Positions 30,125 through 38,398 of a DNA stretch of 64,000 bases are shown in pieces. The notes beneath the pieces were generated by a model. The model saw only the letters and a program-made list of their open reading frames with translations. It was not told where the DNA came from and made no database searches. The stretch spans positions 365,891 to 429,890 of the forward strand of contig OY970282.1 in the NCBI GenBank assembly GCA_963715925.1, in the 5' to 3' direction. A program made the position numbers and the translations under genes. This DNA comes from an uncultured Solirubrobacterales bacterium. GTDB taxonomy: Bacteria > Actinomycetota > Thermoleophilia > Solirubrobacterales > Solirubrobacteraceae. Position 1 is the stretch's first letter. Every line of letters begins with the position of its first letter.

Positions 30125-30993
30125 GCGACCGCCTCTACCGAGGCCAGCCGCACCTGCTCGACCGGGCCGAGGGGCATCTGCAAGAAGCGCGTGCCCTGCT
30201 CCCGAAACGCCTCGGCGTCGCCGGTACAGAGGAAGCGGTAGTCGCCCTCCTCCCCCGCCCCGCGGGCGTTGCGCAGGCCACGCGTTGAGAGCGCGTGCTC
30301 AACCTGGCGCGCCAGCGCCGCGCCGGAGCTGACGAGCGTAACCGACGGGCCGAGCATCCGCTGGAGCATCGGCGCGATCAACGGGTAGTGGGTGCAGCCG
30401 AGGATCACGGTGTCAACCTCGGCCTCCTTCAACGGGGCGCACGCCTCGCGCACGCTGCACACGGCGCGCTCGTCGAACTGCTCCCCGGCCTGGATGATCG
30501 GCGCGAGCGTCGGGCACGCGACCGCGGTCAGCGTGACGTGGGGGTCGACCGCGCGCACCGCGCGCTCGTAGGCGCGGCTGGAGACCGTGGTGGGCGTCGC
30601 CAGCAGCCCGATGCGCCCGGTGCGGGTCGCCGCGACCGCCTGTACGGCCTCGGGGCGCACGACCCCGAGCACGTCCACGCCCAAGGTGGTCTCCATCATC
30701 CTGCGCTGCAGCGCCTCCGACGCGGCGGCGGTCGCGGAGTTGCAGGCCACCACCAGCAGCTTCACCCGCCTGCCCAAGAGCTCCTCGGCGATCTCCACCG
30801 AGAAGCGCTCGAGCTCCTCGGGAGAACGCTCGCCGTAGGGAAAGCGCGCGGTGTCGCCGAGGTACACGAAGTCCTCCTGCGGCAGCGCCACGAGCAGCTC
30901 GTGCAGCACCGTGAGACCCCCGACGCCCGAGTCGAACACGCCGACGGGGCGCGCGCGGTTGCTTGCGGGGAGGCTCGCCACGCGGCCCATCAT
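30121..30993 (-). CDS. murI: Glutamate racemase
   Basis: GVFDSGVGGLTV, ACNSAT, LGCTHYP. Confidence 0.96.
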   Translation of the reverse strand: MMGRVASLPASNRARPVGVFDSGVGGLTVLHELLVALPQEDFVYLGDTARFPYGERSPEELERFSVEIAEELLGRRVKLLVVACNSATAAASEALQRRMMETTLGVDVLGVVRPEAVQAVAATRTGRIGLLATPTTVSSRAYERAVRAVDPHVTLTAVACPTLAPIIQAGEQFDERAVCSVREACAPLKEAEVDTVILGCTHYPLIAPMLQRMLGPSVTLVSSGAALARQVEHALSTRGLRNARGAGEEGDYRFLCTGDAEAFREQGTRFLQMPLGPVEQVRLASVEAVA

Positions 30994-31101
30994 CCCAGGG
31001 AAGGCGGCGTGAAGCGCCGCCGGTCAAGGACGGCTGGAAGCCGTCCCTTGTTCTCAGACCGCGGGGCTGGATGCCCCGCGGAGCCGCTACCTTCAGCGGT
31101 C

Positions 31102-32247
31102 TTGCGGGTGCTGGTGGTCTCCAACATGCTTCCCGACGCCGCCCATCCCGAGCGGGGGGGCTTCGTGCGCGATCAAGTCGCGGCTCTGCGTGCGCTGGGC
31201 GACTTGGAGGTCGAGCTGTACGAGTTCGCCCCCGGGGCGCGCGCGCTGCTCGGCGCCGCGCGGGAGCTTCACCGCCGCTACGGACTAGGAATCCGCCCGC
31301 CCCGGCGCCTGGACGTGGTGCACGCCCACTTCGGCCTCACCGCATGGCCAGCACTCGTGGTGCGCGCGCGCGTGCGGGGGCTGACAGTGCACGGGACCGA
31401 CGTGCGCCACCCCCGCACCCGCCTCGCCACACGCGCAGTACTGCCCCTGATGGACCTGCTCGCCGCCCCCACGGCGAAGCTCGCAGACGGGCTGCCGGGG
31501 CGAGCGGCTCGACGGCGCGCACAGGTGCTCCCTTGCGGAGTGGACATGGAGCGCTTCCATCCGGTCCCCCGCACGCAGGCCCGCGCCGCGCTCGGCCTCG
31601 ATCCGCAGAGGCCCTGCCTGCTGTTCGGAGCCGACCCAGCGCGCGAGGGCAAGCGCTACGACCGGGCGCTCGCGCTCGTCCGGGCGCTCGCGCCCGGCGG
31701 CGATCCCCTCCGTGCTAGCACGCGCGCCCCCGCGGCTCCCTCCTCCACAAGCACGCCCGCTCCCACGGGCGCACCCTCCACGGGGAGCGCGATCCCCCTG
31801 CACACCCTCGGCGGGGTCCCCCCGGAGCGGGTGCCGTTGTGGGTGAACGCGGCGAACGCCGTGGTGGTGCCCTCGGAAGCGGAGGGCTTCGGCTTGGCCG
31901 TGCTGGAGGCCCTGGCGTGCGACGTGCCGGTGGTGGCGACCCCCGTGGGCGTGCACCCGCAGGCGCTCGAGGGCGTGGCGGGCACGTTGTGCGCACCCTT
32001 CGAGGAGGACCGCTGGCGGGCCGCCGTGGAACCCCACCTGCGCGATCCGGACCCCCGGATCGCGGGCCGCGCGCACGCCGAGCCGTTCTCCGCCGCGCGC
32101 ATGGCGGAGCGCCTGGAGGAGGCGTGGCGAGTGCTGTTGGAGCGCCCGGCGGCGGGCAGGGTTGAGCGCTCTGCGGAGAGTGCGAAGGAGGCGGGAGCGA
32201 GGCACAGGGAGAGCCGAGCGGGCGGAGGACGGCAGCGCGGTGAGTAG
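31102..32247 (+). CDS. Glycosyltransferase family 4 (GT-B)
   Basis: RVLVVSNMLP, VHAHFG, PSEAEGFGLAVLEALACDVPVVATPVG. TTG start approximate. Confidence 0.88.
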   Translation: MRVLVVSNMLPDAAHPERGGFVRDQVAALRALGDLEVELYEFAPGARALLGAARELHRRYGLGIRPPRRLDVVHAHFGLTAWPALVVRARVRGLTVHGTDVRHPRTRLATRAVLPLMDLLAAPTAKLADGLPGRAARRRAQVLPCGVDMERFHPVPRTQARAALGLDPQRPCLLFGADPAREGKRYDRALALVRALAPGGDPLRASTRAPAAPSSTSTPAPTGAPSTGSAIPLHTLGGVPPERVPLWVNAANAVVVPSEAEGFGLAVLEALACDVPVVATPVGVHPQALEGVAGTLCAPFEEDRWRAAVEPHLRDPDPRIAGRAHAEPFSAARMAERLEEAWRVLLERPAAGRVERSAESAKEAGARHRESRAGGGRQRGE

Positions 32248-32248
32248 C

Positions 32249-33067
32249 ATGGGTGGGTCGATGGACGCTCAAGCCACGAGTCCCGCTGGCCAACCCGCGA
32301 CCGGACAGGCGGGTCCTGAGGTTCCCGCCGGCGTGGAGATCCCCACGGAGCCCCACGCCCCGGGCTTCCGCGAGCGTGGCCGGATGCACCGGCGGGTGCG
32401 CTTCCTGCGCAAGGCGCGGGAGCTCGCGTACCGCGACCTGGGAGGCTTGGTGTTCGAGATGCACCGCCTCGGCCAGCGCCACGACGACCTGGCGGCGGCG
32501 AAGCTCGCGGTGCTCAGCCGCTTCGACGAGGAACTGCGCGCGCTGGAGGCGGCTCTCGGGGCGCACCTCCCGATCACGGTGCTGCGCGAGGCGGGCATCG
32601 CGGCGTGCCCCCGGTGCGCGGCGATCCACGGTAGCGGAGACCGCTTTTGCCCGGCGTGCGGGCAGCCGCTGGGCCACCACGCGGACCTGCCGATCGCTGG
32701 GACTCCGGCTGCCGCACCGCCCGTGGCCACGACGACGGCCGCTCCCACACCTCCGGCTGCCCCCCCACCCGCTCCCCCGCCGTCTGCCTCCCCCGCAGCC
32801 CCCACACCCCCTCCCACACCTCCGGCCTCCCCCACACCCCCCTTCCCGCCGTCTGCCTCCCCCGCAGCCCCCACACCCACGCCCACACCTCCGGCCTCCC
32901 CCACACCCCCTTTCCCGCCGTCTGCCTCCCCCGCGGCCGCTCCCCCTCCAGTGAGCTCTCGACCCTCCCCGCCGCCGCAGACGGCCAACCCACCGGTCGC
33001 AGCACCCAAGGCCACGGAGGAGGACCAGCCCACGGAGATCATCCGCCCGCCGGACGGCTCCATGTGA
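32249..33067 (+). CDS. Zinc-ribbon protein with Pro-rich repeat tail
   Basis: CPRC...CPAC double motif followed by PPSASPAAPT repeats. Confidence 0.7.
   Translation: MGGSMDAQATSPAGQPATGQAGPEVPAGVEIPTEPHAPGFRERGRMHRRVRFLRKARELAYRDLGGLVFEMHRLGQRHDDLAAAKLAVLSRFDEELRALEAALGAHLPITVLREAGIAACPRCAAIHGSGDRFCPACGQPLGHHADLPIAGTPAAAPPVATTTAAPTPPAAPPPAPPPSASPAAPTPPPTPPASPTPPFPPSASPAAPTPTPTPPASPTPPFPPSASPAAAPPPVSSRPSPPPQTANPPVAAPKATEEDQPTEIIRPPDGSM
32776..32934 (+). repeat. 69-bp coding tandem repeat (23-aa Pro-rich unit, about 2.3 copies)
   Basis: CCCGCCGTCTGCCTCCCCCGC recurs near 32776, 32845 and 32914. Confidence 0.8.
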
Positions 33068-33747
33068 ACATTGAGACGCCCCTACCGCCCGCACGAGCCG
33101 CCGCGACGGCACCCACCCCCAGCAAGACGGCCGCCGCGGGGTGCCCGCTGTGCGGAGCGCCGCTGGGAGCCGAGCAGGAGTGGTGCATGCGGTGCGGTGC
33201 GGCGGCACGCACGCGCCTGGCGGCGATCCCCAACTGGCGCGCACCGGTAATCGCGCTGAGCGCGGTGATCGTGCTCTCCCTGGGCGCGCTGACCGCGGCG
33301 CTGGTGTCGCTGGCGGGCGATTCACCGACCCCGCCCCCCCGCACGGGTGCGAGCACACTGCCGGCGACGACGGCCACGACGCCCGCGGCGACGATCGGAG
33401 GAGCGGGCACTCAAGCCACGAGCACGCCGGGGACAACAATCCCGGGAGCGGGAGCCGCGACGACGGCGCCCGCGGGGACGAGCGCCGCGACGACAGGCGC
33501 CTCGGGTGCGGCGATTCACGGTGGATTCACCGTGCGCACGAGTGGGACGGGCTCCGTGAGTACCACCCCGGGCACGGGAGCGACCACCCCGGGCACGGGA
33601 GCGCCAAGCACCACGCCGGGGGCCCTCCCGAGGAGGAGCACGGGCAGCGGAGCGAGCGGGAAAGCCAACAAGGCCAACCCACTGGAAAAGCTGACGCGGG
33701 AATACGAACGCCTCCACGGCCACGCCACGGGCGCGCCGGCGAAATAG
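33064..33747 (+). CDS. Zinc-ribbon membrane protein with Thr/Gly-rich extracellular tail
   Basis: CPLC...CMRC, one TM helix. GTGA overlap with the upstream stop. Confidence 0.7.
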   Translation: MNIETPLPPARAAATAPTPSKTAAAGCPLCGAPLGAEQEWCMRCGAAARTRLAAIPNWRAPVIALSAVIVLSLGALTAALVSLAGDSPTPPPRTGASTLPATTATTPAATIGGAGTQATSTPGTTIPGAGAATTAPAGTSAATTGASGAAIHGGFTVRTSGTGSVSTTPGTGATTPGTGAPSTTPGALPRRSTGSGASGKANKANPLEKLTREYERLHGHATGAPAK

Positions 33748-33749
33748 CG

Positions 33750-35360
33750 GTGCAGGCAACGCGGGGGGGCGTGGTGGAGGTGGACGTGGCCGTGGTAGGG
33801 GCTGGCGCGGCGGGCCTCTATGCCGCGCTGTGCGCGGCGCGCGCAGGCGGGCGGGTCGCGCTGGTGTCGGCGGCCCCCCTGGCGCAGACAGCGAGCTACT
33901 GGGCGCAGGGCGGACTGGCGGCGGCGCTCGCAGAAGACGACAGCCCCGAGTTGCACCTACAGGACACCGAGCGCGCGGGCCGGGGCGCGATGCGGCGCTC
34001 CGCGGCGCAGGTGTTGGTGGCGGAGGCGCCGGAGTGCGTGCGCGACCTGCAGGCGCTGGGGGTGCGCTTCGACGCGGACCGCTTCGGGCGCTTGGCACTG
34101 GGCTTGGAGGGGGGGCACTCGGTGCGCAGGGTGGTGCACGCGGGGGGCTCCGCGACGGGCAGGCGCCTGCTGCGCCAGCTCTCGGCGCTGGCGGTGCAGG
34201 AGCCGCGGATCGCAGTGCTGGAGAACGTGCGCGCACAGGCGCTGTGGCGGCGGGGCGAAGACGGGGAGGGCCGCTGCGGCGGGGTGGTGTGTGAGGACGG
34301 GCGTACGATCGCGGCGCGCGCGGTGGTGCTGAGCACGGGCGGCGCAGCGGCGTTGTGGGCGCGCACGACGAACCCGCCCGGCTCGCAGGGCACGGGGCTG
34401 CTACTGGGGCACGCCCTGGGAGCGAAGCTGGCGGACCTCGAGTTCGTGCAGTTCCACCCCACCGCGGTCATCGGGGTACCGGGCCGGGAAGGCTTCCTGA
34501 TCACCGAGGCGATCCGCGGGGAGGGCGCGACACTGCACGACGCGCAGGGGGAGCGGTTCGTGGACGAGTTGGCCCCGCGCGACGAGGTGGCGCGCGCGAT
34601 TTGGGTGCGCCTGCGGGAGACGGGGGCGGAGTCGGTGGGCCTCGACATGCGCGGGATCGACCACGCGCTGTTCCCCAACGTGGTGGGGGCGCTGCGCGAG
34701 GCGGGGGTGGACCCGGCGCGGGAGCTGGTGCCGGTGGCGCCGGCGGCGCACTACACGATGGGGGGGATCGTGACCGACCTGCACGGGCGCTCATCGGTGG
34801 AGGGGTTGTACGCGGTGGGCGAGACCTCGTGCACCGGCCTGCACGGGGCGAACCGGCTGGCGTCGAACTCGTTGAGCGAGTGCTTCGTGTGGGCGCGCCG
34901 CGCGGCGGCGAGCGCGCTGGCGGAGCCCGCCGCGCCGGCCGCCCGAACAGCGCCACCCCCCCACCCGGCGGCGCTGGCGGAGCTTCAGGCGCCGCCCCTC
35001 GTCACGGTGCAGACGCGCGAAGCGCTGTGGCGAGACGCCGGCATCGAGCGCTCCACGGAGGGCCTGGAGCGCCTGGCGCGGGAGGGCGGGCAGGCGGGCG
35101 GGCGGGCCTCCCATCCTTTGGCGCGCCTGATCGCGAGGTGCGCGCTGGAGCGCAGGGAGAGCAGGGGGGCACACCGGCGCGTGGAGCACCCCGAGATGGA
35201 CCCGGCGCTCGAGCGTCGCCATGCGGTGGTGGGCGCGGGGGGGAGCTCGCGTGGGAGACGTGGGATTAATGGGCCTCTAACAATCCGCTTTACCACGCTT
35301 TATGTACGGGGTGGATACTCGAAGACCCGGAGGGGTCGGGAGCTTTATGAAGCTTTATGA
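33750..35360 (+). CDS. nadB: L-aspartate oxidase; natural stop probably at 35269 (1-bp indel in a G7 run)
   Basis: GAGAAG, SYWAQGG, FVQFHPT, AHYTMGG, GLHGANRLASNSLSE, RRESRGAH. Confidence 0.9.
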   Translation: MQATRGGVVEVDVAVVGAGAAGLYAALCAARAGGRVALVSAAPLAQTASYWAQGGLAAALAEDDSPELHLQDTERAGRGAMRRSAAQVLVAEAPECVRDLQALGVRFDADRFGRLALGLEGGHSVRRVVHAGGSATGRRLLRQLSALAVQEPRIAVLENVRAQALWRRGEDGEGRCGGVVCEDGRTIAARAVVLSTGGAAALWARTTNPPGSQGTGLLLGHALGAKLADLEFVQFHPTAVIGVPGREGFLITEAIRGEGATLHDAQGERFVDELAPRDEVARAIWVRLRETGAESVGLDMRGIDHALFPNVVGALREAGVDPARELVPVAPAAHYTMGGIVTDLHGRSSVEGLYAVGETSCTGLHGANRLASNSLSECFVWARRAAASALAEPAAPAARTAPPPHPAALAELQAPPLVTVQTREALWRDAGIERSTEGLERLAREGGQAGGRASHPLARLIARCALERRESRGAHRRVEHPEMDPALERRHAVVGAGGSSRGRRGINGPLTIRFTTLYVRGGYSKTRRGRELYEAL

Positions 35361-35504
35361 AGCCCTTCGATCCTTTGGGGAAAGCAGCGTGTTGATGAAA
35401 GTGGAAGGTCTTGGGAGCAAACGGAGCCCCTGAGAGCGGCGGAGGTGCGGCGACACAGTCGGAAGCCTTGGTCGATACGAAGAGAAGGAGGCGAAGGGGT
35501 CGCC

Positions 35505-35954
35505 ATGTATCAGTTCAGTCGAGCTATCTACAGGGAGCTGGCCCCCTACATCGCCAGCCCCGGGCGGGCGGGATCCAATCCCGCGGTGGCGGGCACGAGC
35601 AACCACGAGCACGTGCTGCGCGCGTGTGAGGCGGCAATCGAGCGGTTGGCGACGGATCGTCACTACTTCGCGCGGCCCGAACGGACGTTGTTCTGGGACA
35701 TCCGCATGTACTTCCCGATGAGCGCGCAGGCGCGGGTGCTCCAGGTGGTGTGCCGTTACATGGAGTTCGCACAGCGCTACCTCGAGCAGAACCCGCGGGC
35801 GGCGCACGCGTCGGTGACCGACAAGCCGCTGCAGTGCCGGGCGATGACCCGCAAGGGCGCGGCCTGCCAGCGCACGCCGTTGGCGCGCAACGGGTACTGC
35901 CCATCGCATCAGCACCTCGCGGACACCGAGAACCGGGAGTCGCTGGCGGCCTGA
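35505..35954 (+). CDS. Hypothetical protein with C-terminal C-C-C-H zinc-finger-like motif
   Basis: MYQFSRAIYREL... QCRAMTRKGAACQRTPLARNGYCPSHQH. Purine-rich RBS upstream. Confidence 0.75.
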   Translation: MYQFSRAIYRELAPYIASPGRAGSNPAVAGTSNHEHVLRACEAAIERLATDRHYFARPERTLFWDIRMYFPMSAQARVLQVVCRYMEFAQRYLEQNPRAAHASVTDKPLQCRAMTRKGAACQRTPLARNGYCPSHQHLADTENRESLAA

Positions 35955-36156
35955 GGTAGTCATTTGGGATCGTCCGCGCGGGGAGGGGCGGAGACCCAAG
36001 GTGGTGGGCGCTGGGCCTCCATGCCCCGCGTCAGCGGTTACGTCGGCCCGGGGCCGGCTTGCATGGCAGCGTCATGCAAACGGTGCAGAGCGCGAAGGCC
36101 GCGGGCGCGTCGCCAACGCGCGACTGAAACGTCCCAGCGACCCGTAGGCTGCGGGA

Positions 36157-38268
36157 GTGCTGTTGGGCGTGGACGTAGGCGGAACCTTCACGGACGCGGT
36201 GCTCGTGGTCGAAGAGCGCTCCCCCGGCGGGCGCATCGCCCAAGCGGGCACGCGCTCCGCTGCGGGCGGGTCCTCCGTCGCGATGTACACAGCGAAGGTC
36301 CCCAGCACCCCCGGGGAGCAGTCCCGCGGGGTCATGGAGGCGGTGCGCTTGGTCCTTGCAAGCGCGAGCGCCCAGCCGTCGGAGGTGGAGCGCTTCGCGC
36401 ACGGGATGACGGTTGCAACCAACGCCCTGCTGGAGTTCTCGGAGGCCCCCCCGGGGGCGCCCGGGCTCCCGATCACGGCGTTGATCGCCACGGAGGGCTT
36501 TACCGACGTGGTCGCCCTCGGCCGCCAGGCGCGGGCGAGCCTGTACCGGCTGTGCGAGCGGGGGCCCACCCCCCTGGCCCCGCCGGAGCTGCGCTTCGGG
36601 GCGCCCGAGCGGATGACCCCCGACGGCCCCCTGCGGGCGCTCGATCCCGAGCGGGCGCGAGCGCTCGTGGAGGAGCTGGCCGAAGCGGGACGGGCAGGGG
36701 CGGGCATCGAGTCAGTGGCGGTGGTGCTGCTGCACTCCTACGCGCACCCCGAGCACGAGCGCCTGGTGGGGGAGCTGATCGCCGAGCGCCTGCCCACGGT
36801 GCACGTGTCGCTCTCGCACGAGCTCGTCGGCACGTTCCGCGAGTACGAGCGGGCGGCGACCACCGAGGTGGACGCGGCAGTCTCCCCGCTGGTGGGCGCC
36901 TACCTGCGCCGCCTCGGCGCGGAGGCCGACACGGTGGGCCTGACGCGGCCCGCGGTGATGCAGTCCTCGGGCGGGCTCACCGACGCGCAGGGCGCGGCGG
37001 CGCACGCGGCGTTGACGGTGCTCTCCGGTCCCGCGGGCGGCGTGCAGGGCGCGCTCGCGCTGGCGCGGCTGGCGGGGGAGCGCGACGTGGTGTGCTTCGA
37101 CATGGGCGGCACCTCGTGCGACGTGTGCGTGATCGAAGGGGGCCGCGTGGCGGAGACCGCGGAGGGCGTCGTGGCCGGCCGGCCGCTGGCGTTGGCGATG
37201 CTCGACATCCACACCGTCGGCGCGGGCGGCGGCTCGATCGCGTGGCGGGACCCGGGGGGAGCGCTGCGCGTGGGCCCGCGCTCCGCGGGCGCCGACCCCG
37301 GCCCGGCGTGCTACGGGCGCGGCGGGGAGGACCCGACGGTGACCGACGCCAACCTGCTGGTGGGGCGCCTGCCCGCGGACGCCCCGCTCGCGGGGGGCCT
37401 GGAGCTCGACCGCGACGCCGCCCAGCGCGCGATCGCGGGCCTTGCCGTCACGCTCGGGCTCACCGCGCAGCGCTGCGCGGAGGGGATCGTGCGGGTCGCG
37501 GAGGCCGAGATGGCAAGGGCGCTGCGCACGATGACCGTTGAGCGCGGCATCGACCCCCGCGGCTTCGCGCTGATGCCCTTCGGCGGCGCGGGCCCCCTGC
37601 ACGCGACGGCGCTCGCACGGGCGCTGGGGATGCGACGCATTCTCTGCCCGCGGGCATCCGGGGTGCTATGCGCGCTCGGCCTCGCCGCCGCGGCGCCCCG
37701 CCGGGACGCGGCGCGCACGGTAATGCTCGCCGGGGAGGCGCTCGACGCCGGGCGCCTGACCGCGGAGCGCGACGCGCTGGTGGCGCGGGCGTGCGCGGGA
37801 TTGAATACCCACCCACCCACGCCCGAGCGGGTGGCGGTCCGCTACGAGCTGCGCTACCGCGGACAGTCCTTCGAGTTGGCGGTCGACGAGGACGGCGAGC
37901 CTGCGGAGATCGGGCGGCCGAGCGCCCCGACGGGGACGGAAGCGGCGCGGCCATCCACGGGCGACCCCCGTCCGGCGCCCCACCCGGACGCCCTCCGCGA
38001 GGCGTTCGCGCAGGCTCACGAGCAGCGCTACGGCTACCGCGACGACGGCGCGGAGGTGGAGCTGGTCACGATCCGCGCCTCCGCGTGGGGCGCCGCCCCT
38101 CGGTTGTCCCTGGCTCCAGCCGCCGGCGAGCCCGCGCCGGGCACCAGGATCGAGGGGCCCACGGTCTGCGCGCTGCCGGGGTCCACGCTGTTCGTGCCCC
38201 ACGGCTGGGAGGGCGAGGTCGACGCCCAGGGCACGGTATGCCTGCGCGACGTAAAGGAGCAGACGTGA
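36157..38268 (+). CDS. Hydantoinase/5-oxoprolinase subunit A
   Basis: GVDVGGTFTD, HGMTVATNA, LSGPAGGV, DMGGTS, GAGGGSIA, GPACYG, FGGAGPLH. Confidence 0.92.
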   Translation: MLLGVDVGGTFTDAVLVVEERSPGGRIAQAGTRSAAGGSSVAMYTAKVPSTPGEQSRGVMEAVRLVLASASAQPSEVERFAHGMTVATNALLEFSEAPPGAPGLPITALIATEGFTDVVALGRQARASLYRLCERGPTPLAPPELRFGAPERMTPDGPLRALDPERARALVEELAEAGRAGAGIESVAVVLLHSYAHPEHERLVGELIAERLPTVHVSLSHELVGTFREYERAATTEVDAAVSPLVGAYLRRLGAEADTVGLTRPAVMQSSGGLTDAQGAAAHAALTVLSGPAGGVQGALALARLAGERDVVCFDMGGTSCDVCVIEGGRVAETAEGVVAGRPLALAMLDIHTVGAGGGSIAWRDPGGALRVGPRSAGADPGPACYGRGGEDPTVTDANLLVGRLPADAPLAGGLELDRDAAQRAIAGLAVTLGLTAQRCAEGIVRVAEAEMARALRTMTVERGIDPRGFALMPFGGAGPLHATALARALGMRRILCPRASGVLCALGLAAAAPRRDAARTVMLAGEALDAGRLTAERDALVARACAGLNTHPPTPERVAVRYELRYRGQSFELAVDEDGEPAEIGRPSAPTGTEAARPSTGDPRPAPHPDALREAFAQAHEQRYGYRDDGAEVELVTIRASAWGAAPRLSLAPAAGEPAPGTRIEGPTVCALPGSTLFVPHGWEGEVDAQGTVCLRDVKEQT

Positions 38269-38398
38269 GACGGTCCTCACCGTGCGCGCCGACGCGGGGC
38301 ACGGAGGCCACGCGCCCACGACCCTCGCGCACACACTCACTCACGCGGACGATCCCCTACGACTCCCTCCCGTACACCCCGCGCCACGGGATCGACGC

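Noticed and set aside
36059-36079. Inverted repeat TTGCATG-N7-CATGCAA upstream of oxoprolinase A
   Set aside because: A single short palindrome with no U-tract and no second site; insufficient to call an operator or terminator.
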